From the NCBI RefSeq assembly GCF_036321535.1, contig NC_087436.1, positions 34,660,001 through 34,724,000 of the forward strand: 64,000 bases of DNA, given 5' to 3'. The translations under genes were made by a program, and so were the position numbers. The stretch is from Camelus dromedarius (Eukaryota). Below are positions 1 through 13,146 of this stretch, piece by piece. Within the stretch, counting starts at the first letter, position 1. Each line of letters starts with the position of its first letter. The notes under the pieces are model-generated. The model saw only the letters and a list, made by a program, of their open reading frames with translations. It searched no databases and was not told the origin of the DNA.

Positions 1-507
1 TTCCCCACTCAATTCTCTTTTTTGTACAATTATCTCATAAGTACATTTAGAGTTTTCAGGCTTTGGAGATACTAATAGAAGTAGATTCTCACTTATTCTT
101 ATCCTTTCACTTCTCTCCTTTCAATGACAATGAAAAAAGCTGGTGAACCACTAGAGTTCTTCATTAATTAGGAAAAATGAATCAGACTTTCCCATTAGGA
201 GTGTGGCAAAATGTTGTAAAATCCCTAAGGAATCAGAGGTATGTTGCTCTAGAGACAGTTGATACCTTGAGATAAGCCTATCCTTGGCTTATAGATTGCA
301 TAAAAGTGTTCTAAGAAATGTATTCCTCAGGATGTAGAAGGACAAAGAAAATTAGCAGAATTGACTAAAAGGAAAGGTTTCTTGAAGTATATGCCCACAG
401 GGATGTGTTTGAAGATAAGGCAGTGTGCATTCCATCTCATTTTTCTAAAGAGATTTGAAATAGGAATAAAAGCCAAGATGACTAAAGAAAATCCCTGCAC
501 CAGCGTT

Positions 508-650
508 TGTAAGGGTATAGAAGATTTGAACACCATTATCAACTTGACTTAACATACATAGAACAAGGCACTCAATAACTGCAGAATATAAATTTTTAAA
601 AAAATACTCCAGCCACGTTCAATGAAATAGGCCATTCGCTATAAGAACAG
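508..650 (+). mobile_element. Old L1 ORF2 endonuclease-region fragment
   Basis: aagggtatagaagatttgaacaccattatcaac...ttgacttaacatacatagaaca...gcagaatata resembles the L1 ORF2 EN stretch DIEDLNNTINQLDLIDIYRTLHP; degraded. Confidence 0.75.
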
Positions 651-2134
651 TTACTGATTTATTTTTTATTTATTTATTTATTTTAGCTATGATCATCAGC
701 AGAAATGCCTACAGACTTCCTTTACAGTTTTCTGAAATTCTCTCTATATAGATACTTACATAAGATACAATTTTCAACACAACATAAAAACCTCTATTAT
801 TCTAATCAAAGATACCTGAAATTTCTATTTTCGTGTTTTCTTTCTTCTATCTTTTTTAGGAGAGTGGATACAAATAAATTCAACATTGATGGAGTTTATG
901 AGTCTTTGGTTGATAGCGAAATGCTCACTTTTTGAAACCAAACCACAATATGATAAAGGGGGAAAAAAACACCAAGGATCCCTAAGAGTCAGAGAAGGTG
1001 AAATACTAACTTAATTGCACCTTAATGCGAAGTGGGCAAGTTACATGAACACAGCCTAGAAAGGGCCTGTATATTATTTTTACCCCTGACTAAGCCTGGC
1101 AAATTCTGCTCTAAGAACTTTCTGCTCCAATTTTCCATATGAATAAACTTACATACTCCAAAGAAATATATAAAGAATGAAGAGCTGAGGATCAAATTCT
1201 TGGAGAATTCATTAAAAATTCCTCCTGTGAATTAGACCATTCCAGTCATTTCCTGATGCTATTCATTTTTTCCACGATCGTTCTGATTGAAAAAAAAATT
1301 GTATTCACCATGTGTGAAGGCCATTTAAGGCTGTCAAGTAGCAAGCAAATACAAAAATCACTTCCCTATTGATTCTGGGGTTTTTCTCTCATACAGTTTC
1401 TCTGGCTTTGTCCATATCATAAAATAGATAAGTGATGTGAGGAAATTAAGCCAGCTAGATCTCATGGGGAAAAAAAACAATTGAGAGGAAAGAGAAATAA
1501 ACTGGCATGTTTGTGGATTTAAAGATTTAGAGGGGAAAACTACAGTAAGAATAAATGTAGTATAATATACTGCATGACACTAATGATTCTTATGACCATT
1601 CACCAGAAAGAAAAAAAAAAAAAAGGTGCTCAAGAAGAGAAAATATCCAATGTCATAAACACAAGGAATGGAAAATTTATTTAAAATCACTTAGTGTCTC
1701 TATATGACAACAATTATCCCAGAATGTAAGAATATATAGTCTCTCCTCTCCTCTCCCCTGTTAGTCCCCTCATCCAAACTTTAGGTCTTTTACTTATATT
1801 CATTTCCCTCAAACAAAAAAAAAAAGCTGTTCTAAGGGAGGAACTGAATTTATACATAATCTCAGTGTGACATATAGTGAATGCCTTCCCTACATTTAAG
1901 ATTCCTGCAGCTGAAGCATCACCTTGCAACTGATGCCAGATTCTCCTTGTAGTTACATTCATTTTCTTGGTGTTCAAAATAAAATACCCTAATGCCCAGA
2001 CTCACATCAAGTCCACTCATCCTTGCATTTCCTTCCACAAGAAATGTCTTAATATCTTTGAGGAATTCTTCCCTAGTCTATGAATTCTGCCAGGTGGGTG
2101 ATTCTTTCTCCCACTCCCACTGTCCCAACAGAGT

Positions 2135-2250
2135 ACAAGCTTCAGAAGAGCAAGGCTGTTTTCTGTCTTATTTATCGTCATATCCCTGCAATTCCAATGG
2201 TGATTGGCACATAGAAAGTACAAAAATCAATATATGAATGGAAGAGTGAA
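2135..2250 (+). mobile_element. L2 3' end fragment
   Basis: ctgtcttatttatcgtcatatccctgca...ggcacatagaaagtacaaaaatcaatatatgaatg resembles the L2 3' terminus. Confidence 0.65.
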
Positions 2251-2289
2251 CCAGTGAAACATTGCTGCTCATGAGCTCTCCAGATTGCT

Positions 2290-2410
2290 TAACACATCTG
2301 TGTGACCTACAGGAAGTTGTCTCATCTCTCTTTCCCTTTGTTTCTCTACCTGTAAATCAGAGATAATACCACCTCCCTCACAGGATTATTGACAGGATAC
2401 AATGAGTTGT
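2290..2410 (+). mobile_element. MIR core fragment
   Basis: ctgtgtgacct...tttctctacctgtaaatcagagataataccacctccctcacaggattattgacaggatacaatgag. Confidence 0.75.
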
Positions 2411-2759
2411 CCTTGTTGTTAAACTCAGTTCTTCATTGATGTTTACTCCGAGCATGGACAGAGTTGTAGCCCTTAAAGCTTCGAAGCAAAGATGAGGGCA
2501 GACTATGTGCATAACTTGTATTTCCAGAATATCTGCGGTATAGAGGGTGACAGAAATAAAGTTCTTATGTCACTTCCATCAATATCACAAGGTACTCCTA
2601 CGCCCCACAGAAACCCGACTTAGTCTCAAGATCCCTGCCTAGTTCTTCACGGCTGCCACCAAGCATCTCTAGGTCATTTAAAAGTGGAATCCAACAATGC
2701 CTTACTCTTAAATTGCAAAACAAGAAGAACTTGCCTTCTCCATAGTTTAAGGTGATTTC

Positions 2760-3680
2760 AATGAAGATATCAACCTCAAAAATAATAAATAAACAAATCA
2801 GTTATTTTTTGCCAACAAAATGTTGTTGTTGTTGTTGTTGTTATTTTTTGTTTTGTTTTTGCAAATAGCAGAGAATTGTATTCAGTACAGGCAAGCTATG
2901 GTGAATCACAGGCAAATCTGGAGAACAAGGAGAGAGGCTTACTCTCATTAGATTTTTAAGAGGAAATTGGGGAGGGGTGTTTTCAACAAAGGTTTGTTGG
3001 AGAAGAATAGGAGTTCAAGGTTGTGGCAGTGAACATTGGTTAGTGTGTTGTTGCTTGGCAGGGAGGGAATAATTCTTCTTATTATTATTTTCTTCTTCTT
3101 TTTCATTCTTCTTCCTCTTCTTCCTCTTCTTCCCCTTCCCCTTCCCCTCCTCCTCCACCTTCTTCCTCCTCCTCCTCTTCCTCCACCTTCTTCCTCCTCC
3201 TCCTCCTCCTCCACCTTCTTCCTCCTCCTCCTCCTCCTCCTCCTCCTCCTCCTCCTCCTCCTTCTTCTTCTTCTTCTTCTTCTTCTTCTTCTTCTTCTTC
3301 TTCTTCTTCTTCTTCTTCTTCTTCTTCTTCTTCTTCTTCTTCTTCTTCTTCTTCTTCTTCTTCTTCTTCTTCTTCTTCTTCTTCTTCTTCTTCTTCTTCT
3401 TCTTCTTCTTCTTCTTCTTCTTCTTCTTCTTCTTCTTCTTCTTCTTCTTCTTCTTCTTCTTCTTCTTCTTCTTCTTCTTCTTCTTCTTCTTCTTTTTTCT
3501 TAAGAGCAAGAGACAAAATTCCCATGTGATTAATGCTTCCTCGCATCAGAAGAAAAGTAACATTCTTATCTTCCTTCTTCCTGCTGGTTATGTGGGCCTC
3601 AAGAGATGTATGTGAGTGAGAGGTCCCCCTTCAGGACTTCCCAAATCCATTTAAAATGAGGTTTCTTTTGTTTTTACCAA
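2760..3680 (-). mobile_element. Probable solo ERV1-type LTR, interrupted by a long pyrimidine microsatellite
   Basis: Minus strand begins aaaagaaacctcattttaaatggatttgggaagtcctgaagggggacctctcac, resembling laurasiatherian ERV1 LTR starts; the LTR-like sequence appears to continue on the other side of the repeat. Confidence 0.55.
3087..3500. repeat. Compound (CTT/CCT)n polypyrimidine tract with 77 uninterrupted TTC units (3262-3492)
   Basis: Read directly; 231 bp of pure TTC preceded by (CCT)n/(CTT)n blocks. Confidence 0.98.
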
Positions 3681-6600
3681 AAAAACAAAACAAAACAAAA
3701 ACAGTAGAGACATCCATTTCCTTCAGAGAATACTCTCATTTCCAATTTCCTCTTCCTATCCAATCCCTAGGAGATGATCTGATCTCTACAACCCACTAAA
3801 GGAATAAAAAGAATGATTATTTCCCCAAATCTGGCTTATTAAATCATACACCAGTTATTAAATCTTACAGCACTGTAGAACCCCCAATAATCCAGTAAAA
3901 TTTAGTTATTAGGAGAGGAAAAAAATACCTTAACTGATAGATAGGTTGGTAGATTTTAAAACTCTACTGATACTAAATTGAACACTTAAAATTTTAGTCT
4001 CTAAAATCTTCATTCAAATGTGTAAATTATTGTATGTTTTCTCTAAGAGCAAGAGATGACTACGATGACCACTGGCTTTACTTTTGTGAACACAGCAGAC
4101 CCAGCCCAGTAATTTTCCCAAAAGAAAGGGTGTGTGTGACAAAAATAAATGGAATTTCTACCTTCAGGAAATGAAAACTGACAGCAACCCTCAAAGGAAG
4201 CTCCCTCACAGAAACAATAATAACAATAATGAATGATTATTCTTCCACACTGGGTACCAGAACACTCATTGCAACTCTGCCTTCTCCATGGTCAGAAATG
4301 AAAGCATATTTCAAGACATACAGATTCTAGGAACTATTGAAAACATCTTTTCCCCTAGGATGGGTAACCATCATGATTAACACGTCTCAGTGAGAATCAA
4401 CTTATCTTTTCAAACTCTGTCTCATGAGGAAATTACAGCATAAGAGGGGATATTCGTTAGCTCAAAGAAAACTGATAAAAATTCTGTGGACGAAAGGAAA
4501 CATTGTTCCTTATTTGAAGGACATGGAAATGACATCAGCTCGTGTTAAGGTCTCAGCTAATTTGTGTCAATAGGGCAGGTGCCATTTCACTTCTGTAGCT
4601 AGAGGCAGAAGGGCTCTAAGCTTGGAAGGGGTGGGGCACTACAATGACTCAAAAGAGTGGTTTCTATACAGTGGTTAAGTTGAGAGTAAAATAGCCTCAA
4701 GTTAGAAATTCCTGTTATAAAATGTATTGCTAGAGCTACTGGAAAATTATAACCCACACATAGATCTGGTAAAAACATATCAAAGACTTCTTGTGAAATA
4801 TACACCACAAGGATTCTTAGCCACACTGATACAATATAAACGTTTCCCACATGTGCTGACAAGTTTAGATCAATAGTTAAAGTAATATTTTCTAATACTG
4901 TTTAACTACATGGACCAGGTGATGCAGGAATGATGGGTACAACTGCTGTGTGAACAGGGTACTGGTCAAACTAGTGCTGATGATAGGGCATGTGTTTACT
5001 GAAACTCTCAAGAATTTAATTTCCTGACACGTAGGAGGCTAGAGTCAAGAAAGTGTAAAATTCTATGCAAACTGCAGCTCAATGCTATGAGTGACTGCAG
5101 GTTTCCAAACATTCTGGTAAATAAGGGTTTTTTTTTTCCTTTTCAATTTTCTGAAACATTTTAAAAGCTGATGTGGAACTTTCTTCAGATAAAATACCTA
5201 AATTCTTGCAATTGAAAACAGGCCTCAATCACATTTAAACATTGCTGATATGGAAAAAAAAAAAAAAGGAGCAGGTCATGTTGGCAGTAGGCTAATGCCA
5301 GGCGCACTACCTCAGAGTTTGTGCTAGTGACTCACAGAGGATTTTACCAAGGAAGCTGCACGTTAGTAACACTGAGCAAAAACCCTGCGGGGCTCTATGT
5401 AACGGAACTTACCATTTGAAAGATGCGTAACAGCATTTGAATTTTGTCTATTTCACTAAAGCTTCACACAGACATATCATCACTGCCATATGCTTGCACG
5501 TACAGAAAATGGTGGGAGTCCAGAGGGGAGCACGGTGGAAAGATTTTCTGAGTGTTCTGGGTGGCAGCCAAAGCCAAGAGAAATTTGACACCCCATAAAG
5601 TAACCTGGGCCGCCGTGCTTGGAACTCTCTGGCAGAGGCGTTTCCTAAGTCATATTTCTAATTATAAATCGAAAGCTTTTGTTCCCTCTTAAAGGAATGT
5701 CCTCAGTTGGTGAGCAGGTGTGGAAAGCAGATTTTGGAATGGGGCAAGGAAGGGGGAGGAATCAGGGCTTCTGAAATCATACCGCTCAACAGCTGTCTGT
5801 TCCACCTAAATAGAAACCCAGCCCTTTGTGGTCACTGAAAACATACTTGGGACTTCTTGAGGCATGAACTGATTTTCAATGTTTGAAAAAAAAACACTCT
5901 ACAAAAGTAAGTATATTGTCAAAACGTAAGAGGAGTTTTGACAATAACCAAGAACGCTGGTCACCAACATGATATTCTGAAGAGTAGAATGCTTACAACT
6001 CCAGGTCAAAGAGAAAGGGAAGCTCACACATATGCATAAGGATGTGGACGAGGAGTCCGGGCTCAGGTCGGCAATGAGCTCCTGGAAAATGGGAAATCCA
6101 GTTACTATCGCTCAGGTTTAGCTCCTTATCTGGGACCAAGATGGCTGGAGAACTTGTGTTTCTTCTTTTTTCTTTCCATTGTATTGCAAATCTATTAATT
6201 CACTTGATACACAGAATCAAAAGGGAAATAAAAGAGGGGAAAATCCTGTGATATGTACTCTTTACTTTGCCTCGATGGTAAATGGGACGTGGCTTGAGAA
6301 TCCAAGTCTATCACATCTATTCAACCTCAGTCCTCTCTTGGCTCCTCAGTAGTATCATTCTAATGAATAAATATGCTCAGTGGTCACTGTTTTTACAGAA
6401 ATAATAGGCAAACATAGATTTTTAAATGATGGCAACAATGAAAGGATAATTAATAGACTACCACATCATTGTATGATTATAATCTAAAACAAAACCGATG
6501 AGAGCATTTGTGTCCCTTGAATTGCTACAAAACTGACATACTAACCTCCACAATAAAAAGAAATCCAAAAACTTTATAAAATCATGCCTTTTATCTTACC

Positions 6601-7042
6601 ACAGCTGAATGAGTCCATTCAAAACAGAAATAATTTACCATGTGTTTGAATATTGTACAATATTAGCTTTTGTTAGATGCCAAGAGTTGTTTCTTAATAT
6701 GTAATGTGATGTATGCCCCATGGAAGGACCAAAGTGAATTCTACTGCATTCCCTTTGAATATTAAAAGCAAATGCCTCCTCCCTGAAAACAAAGCTTGTT
6801 TATTTATTACAGCTGGTGGTTGCTGATTTTGTTTTTCCTCCACCCCAAATGCCCCTGGCCCGTTATTGTCTGTGTCTTGGTAGACCAAATCGAAAGCTTT
6901 AACACAAGCACGGGTCGTCCACGGTGCCCATGGTCTTGGCCAGAGCAGTCAATGCCACACAGCTTGAGACCCATTAAATATTGAACAGTCATTGCTGTAG
7001 GGAGTAAAGACAGTACAGACAGTACATATTGATCACCTCATT

Positions 7043-7311
7043 TCACCTTGGATGGATGGAGATTTTTCTCATATGACTCTCAAAATGAACACGATGTATT
7101 CCTTCGTCTGGGAAAACAGAAGGATACGGTGCCAGACATAGCGCGCCATCATGAGACCACAGCTCGCTGGTCTTGATTCCCATGCTGAGAAGGTGGCTCC
7201 TGGCAGCAGCACTCAGCGCTGTTTGAAACATTTCCCAGACCATCTCTGGCAGCTGTGTTGATAACGAGTGTTCAAGGAAGGCAAACACAAACTTCGACAT
7301 CCACTGAGGGC
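7043..7311 (-). other. Candidate terminal exon (unverified)
   Basis: Acceptor tactatttacAG ending at 7312; frame open to TGA at 7043; several retained CpGs; minus-strand AATAAA at 6799-6808; no recognised homologue. Confidence 0.2.
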
Positions 7312-8169
7312 CTGTAAATAGTACACCGTTAATGCGCTAACATCTGCTTGGTAAACAAGAGCACTCTTTACAATTCACCTTAAAATGTTGCAGCGAAGAG
7401 TGGGAGACCTCTGTGTTTACAGACGGAGAGACTGGGCTGGGGAACTATTTATTATTCCGCTGGGTAACTAAGCAGCTGTTCTGATTAGTTCTTGACCTTT
7501 GAGAGAGGTCTTAACCTGCGACGTTTGAGGCAGTTGCTCTGAATTATTGAACCTGCTTCTCTGCCACAGAGTGTCCTCCTGAGAAACAGCAACAACCTTC
7601 ACCACAGGAGAGGAGCATGAAGTTCCGCTGGGAAACCAGCAAAACGTCATCGTTTGTTGGCAGACAAGGGTGTTAGAACCATATCATTGGCAGTTTGACC
7701 AGCTGGCCCACATAATTTCTTATACTCATATTCAAAGTCATCTTTCCTTTATCCAGGAAAGGACAAGTACCCATTCAGCATGTATGGTTTGTCCTCAAGT
7801 CTATTTAATTTCAATACACAAGAGAAAATTAAAATATATTTATAGACCAACTCAGCATTTTCTTATATCTCATGCACAAACTGTATATAATACTTACACA
7901 TACATATGTATATATGTTATATATAACACAATATATGTATATATGTTATATATAATACAATATAAACTGACTGCAAATATGATAAGGAAAGTGGTAAGGA
8001 AATACTATGTTTTAATATAATTCCTGACAGGAGATTCCCAAGTATGTATTGAGAACATAGTTAAATATCAATTCTTTCACATGAGGTACTTTTCTTTTCC
8101 TTTAATGCGTTATCTTAGAAGGAACAGAAAAGTGAATGGTTCAGAAGTGCATGTCCTGTAGCTGGAGCA

Positions 8170-8365
8170 ACAGAACACGAACATTCCCCAACTCTGATAC
8201 CTCGCACAGAGACTGACTTTTGCTCTCCAAGAATTTCATCTGTAAAATTGGATGAATATACACACTTGTTTGCTAGATTGTCGTGAGGATTAAATGGGTT
8301 AATAGATGTGAGGCATTTAGCCCAGTGCCCAGCACAGAGTCCAGTACTCAGTGCCCATTAGTGGC
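8170..8365 (+). mobile_element. MIR
   Basis: tttcatctgtaaaattggatgaat...gattgtcgtgaggattaaatgggttaatagatgtgaggcatttagcccagtgcccagcacagag. Confidence 0.85.
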
Positions 8366-8485
8366 ATTAGCTTCCTTCATTTTGAATTAAATTGCTATCA
8401 ATATGCTCTTTTTCAAGAAAAGATAGCAGTGTCTAGTCCACTAAGTACTGCATTTATACATACAAGAAAATTGAATTTTAAATTC

Positions 8486-9054
8486 TTTTTTTTTTTTTTT
8501 TGATTCCACATATGAGTGATATCATATGGTATTTTTCTTTCTCTTTCTGGCTTACTTCACTTAGAATGATGATCTCTAGATCCATCTATGTTGCTGTAAA
8601 TGGCATTATTTTATTCTTTTTTATGGCATAAATATACCACAACTTCTTTATCCAGTCACCTGTTGATGGACGTTTAGGTTGCTTCCACGTCTTGGCTATT
8701 GTATATAGTGATGCTGTAAACATTGGGGTGCATGTATGTTTTCGAATTAGAGTTCCCTCCGGATATATAACTATCTTATTGTTGTCAGGGGAAAGGGGAT
8801 GGGAAAGGATAATTTGGGAGTTTGAGATTAGCAAATGTTAGTCACTATATATAAAAATAGATCTAAAAAAATCAAATTTCTTCTGTATAGCACAGGGAAC
8901 TATATTCAATATCTTGAAATAACCTTTAATGAAAAAGAGTATGAAAACAAATATATGTATGTATATGCATGACTGGGACATTGTGCTGTACACCAGAAAT
9001 TGACACATTGTAACTGACTAGACTTCAATTAAAATAAACAAATAAACAAAAAAA
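8486..9054 (+). mobile_element. Lineage-specific L1, 5'-truncated with 5' inversion (ORF2 end on minus 8486-8768; 3'UTR and A-tail on plus 8769-9054)
   Basis: Minus ORF 8586-8834 contains IRKHTCTPMFTASLYTIAKTWKQPKRPSTGDWIKKLWYIY (ORF2 C-terminus); plus part has ctgtatagcacagggaactatattcaatatcttg...tgtacaccagaaattgacacattgtaactgac and an A-rich tail. Confidence 0.92.
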
Positions 9055-10979
9055 CTCTTGACTAAGGCTCCTTCTAACACACAGGTTAACTTAATACTGA
9101 ATTGAAAGTACATAATATTTTTCAGCTCATCAACCTAAATGAACTAAATGATAAATCATGGCATTGCTATCAAATGATATTTTTAAAATGATAAAAGATA
9201 ACCCTTCATTATTACAGCAATATTTTATATGTTTTGAGGAAACCTGGAAAGATTAAGCAGAACTGAAAAGCCAAAGACAGCAACTGGCAGTTTTTGGATC
9301 TTTAAGTGTTGCTTTACATATAAATATATGTATGTATGTATTCATATAATACCCCATCTTAATTGCCACCTAGTTTAAAGTAGCTATTCAATAATAATTT
9401 ATTTTTCTTCAGTTTTTCTACATGAATAAACAATGGTAAGTTCAGAAAGTACTTTTCAAATTAATTCTGCATGATAACACATTGTGCTTTAAGGAGAGAA
9501 GCATCAGGGAGTTAATAATGTGAATCCAAAATCAGTGGAGTAAAAAACCAAAAAGTTAGTGCATGCAATTGATTATACAGTGTCCCAGTTCCTGGAGTTA
9601 GATTCAATATAGTATTAAAAATGTAAAGATTATAAATTATTTTTATTCCTGACTAATTTATTGTTTTGATTTCTGGTATCATTCTATCAATAAAATGTTT
9701 TCGGACTCCAGAACAATCATGATTTGTAGATAATTTTCTCCTTTTACTTTGTTATCTCAAGAAACATTAGAGACCAATTTCTGCCTTCTCTGGCACAAAA
9801 TTTATTTGATCATTATACCTTCCAAACAGTGTGAGAAGTAGTTGACTAAAAGTGCATTACTATTCTAAAACAGTATTCGTGTTTATTTTGTAATGGTTTT
9901 ATGCTATTTTAAATGATTTTTGTTGTGACATCTTATTAACTTTCAAAACAAAGCAAAGCAGATGATAAGCATTTTACTCTACAAAGTTCACAATAAGAAA
10001 AAACATAATTTAGAGTTTATTTATGCTTGAGATTTGTGGATTTAATCCTCATATGGAAGGATCCTGAAGTCTGTTCCATCCAACCACCTCATTTTGCTGA
10101 GAAACAGTTTCTGCTCCTTTCTAAACACATCCTTTACTTAAAAAGATGACCCAGAAGCATGCCAATTGCTCTGTCTTACCTCAAACCCACTAGGACTCCA
10201 TTTTGGTGTGGTGTGTGGCATTCCCCCCAAGGTAGATTGGATTTGGAAAGAATTCTCCATTATGTCATGCCAGAAGGCTAAACCCTCACTGCCTGCACAG
10301 CCTGCTCATCTGTACCCTCCTTAGGCCGGGCACGGCTCTGTGTCTAGTCCTTCCTCTTGGCCCTCTTGGGTGCCAGGTCCCTTAGCAGTAGGGCCAACCT
10401 GTTCCCGCTAACCTAGCGGGGCCTCATGTCTCAACCATTCTTTCCAATCCTGACTCCCAGCAGCTCCAGCTTTTACCCCTACTTCCAGTGGGTCCCCAAA
10501 GATAAGTCTTGGATGTCCAGCAAAGTAGCTCTGCCTTCCAAATGATTAATTTTCAGCCTATAGCCCCCTCTTTCGATTATATTCAGTAAACATGTTGGAC
10601 TTTGCCACACTCCTGGAACTCACCTTGATCCTCTCTGCCAGGAGGTAGAGTGAAAACTCGAGATGCTTCTGCCTCAGCATGTTCTTGGACTGCACTTGTG
10701 TTTCTCCTGCACTTAACTCCTCTCCTTTCAAGGATGCTGTGTTGCCAAAGAGATATCACAATTTGTGGCTGTCCCTGTCTATCTGCTGCTGAGAGAACCC
10801 TAGATCAGGAAAAATAAATTAACTTACACAGATTAGTTGGTAATCATGAATATGAGTGATAATTGTAGGTTACATATCAATTTGATCTATTTTAATAATA
10901 ATGATGCGGTTGACTACAGGGGAAGTTAAGGTACAAGTCACATAACCAGATAATCTGCAGCCACACTCAGCATTGGATT

Positions 10980-13146
10980 AATTAATTAAATTTTTATTTT
11001 GAGATAATTATAGATTCGTATGCATTTGTAGAAGAATAATGCAGAGAAATCCCATGTACCTTTTATGCTGTGTCCCCAGTGGTAACATCTTACAAAACTA
11101 TAGTACAACTTGGCAACCAGGATATTGGCATCGATGCAGTTAAGATACAGGATAGTTCGGGCACAAGGCTCAGTGGTGTTTCACTCTTTTCGAGCCACAC
11201 TAAGCCCCTTTTGTCCCCCTCCTCATGGGCCCTCCTGTCCTTAATTGCTGTAACCATTTGATCAGTATTCCTTTTAAGTTTTTTTATTTCAAGAATGGCA
11301 TACTAATGGAATCATACTTTATTTTTTAACATTTCTCTTAAACCCATTTTATTTATTAATGCACTTACTTAAAATCATGTTCCAAATAACTTTTTTGGAT
11401 TGCATTTTTTTTTCACACAGCATAAATCTCTGGAGACTTATCCAGGTTGTTGCATGTATCAATAATTTTTTAAAATTATTATTGCTGAATAGTACTCCAC
11501 GATATGTATGTTCCATGTGATGCCCACCTAATCATCCAAAATGGAACATCTGGGCTGTTTCCAGTTTCTAGCTATTATGAATAAGGTCACTATGAACATT
11601 CCTGTAAAGGGTTCTGTGTGAATTTAAGCTTTCATTTCTCCAGAATAAAGGCCCAGAAGGACAATTACTGGGTGGTATGTTTAGTTGTGTTTGTTTTTTT
11701 TTCTTTTTTTTTTTTCTGAAGAAAATGCCAGTTCTCCAATGTGGCTGTCTTATTTTACATTCCCCCCCATCAAGACAGGAGTGATTCCACTTTTCTATAT
11801 TCACACAAGAGTTTCGTGTTGTCATTTTTTAAAATTTATTTTTGCAATTACGACGTGTGTAGTGATATCCCATTGTGGTTTTAATTTTCATCTCCCTAAT
11901 GCCGAGTGATATTGAACATCTTTTCATGTGCTTTTTTACCATTTATCTGTACCCTCTGGTAAATGTCTGCTTTAAAATATTTGTCAGGTATATTCTTTGC
12001 CATTTTGCTGATGGCATCAGTTGATTGCCATTTCTCACCTGAGGTATTCCAGCTTCTTGGTATGATGAATGATTTTTCTACTGAAACCTGCGTATTGCTG
12101 GACTCCAGGTCTACTTTGATCCTCCTCTGGCTTCCTCTGACACTGCTCCAGTGAGCTGGGGAAGGTGGAGCCTCCTTCCTGCCAGGTGGTGGGAGAAATC
12201 AAGTTTCCCTATCAACCTACATTGACACCCAATGGGGAGAAAGAATCATTCTTCTGGACAGGGATGGGGGTTCTAGATCCCCAGTAGACCTCCCCTGACA
12301 CTACCCTGAGGGGCAGGTGTGCCTCTTTCCTGCACCCCACCTGACCTCCATCACAACCATAGAAGGTGGCCCCTATTGGTAGGTTACTGGTGAAGGTCCT
12401 GACTTTCAGGTGTCCTCTGAAACCATGCCAGCAGACAGATGAAGGAGTGCCACCTTATTTCTGGGTGGGGATGAAAGTCTACGCTCCCCAAGTGGTTTCC
12501 AAGGACACTGTGTGGTGGAGCGTCTCATTGTCTGGTTCCCTACTTGGTCTTCATTAACACCTAGGAGGGAAAGGATGGAAAGGCTGGAGACCCTGGGCAA
12601 GGCTAGACTTGCTGCTAGACCTTTGTTGATTTGGATGGCAGTGGGGACTCTATTTTTCCCAAGGTGTTTGGCTGGAGTAGAGTTATTGTCTAAAAGTTTA
12701 TCTCTTGCTAGACTGTCACTTTTCCAGTACTTTAGCTAAAGAAAACAGGTACTATTTGGGGGGGGGGGTTACTGGCTTCTGGAATATGTAAGGCAGAAAG
12801 AAAACCCAGGGAACTCATTCCCATTTTATTTTTGAGTCCCAGAGTCCCTGGCCAGTCCAGCCTGCAACCACGGCTCCACCTTTCATTCTTCTTACGTTTA
12901 TTTTATATGCATATAAATACACTTATATGTATATGTATGTAAAACAAACATAAGAATTATATACAATATAAAATTATATGTAATTGTATTATATACTTGA
13001 ATTATTTCTATATTTATGTTTGAACTATTTAATTATATTTAGATACGTAAATTTTACGTAGATATAATTTTCCAGAGCTTCTAGTCGCATTTAGTGGGAG
13101 GTATAGAGAAAAGTACACCTACTCTATGTCCCCAGAGGCAGAAGTT
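10980..13146 (-). mobile_element. L1MD-like element: 5'UTR joined directly to ORF2 end/3'UTR (internally deleted)
   Basis: 3' end ttttattttgagataattatagattc...ccccagtggtaacatcttacaaaactatagtacaa; minus-strand 5' end aacttctgcctctggggacatagagtaggtgtacttttctctat; junction ~11965; degraded 13-bp TSD. Confidence 0.8.

Noticed and set aside
2948..3546. Long poly-K, poly-E and poly-L ORFs
   Set aside because: Translations of the GAA/TTC microsatellite; no coding evidence.
5666..6900. Exact 14-mer aaatcgaaagcttt occurring twice
   Set aside because: Several 14-mer matches are expected by chance in 64 kb, and similarity does not extend.
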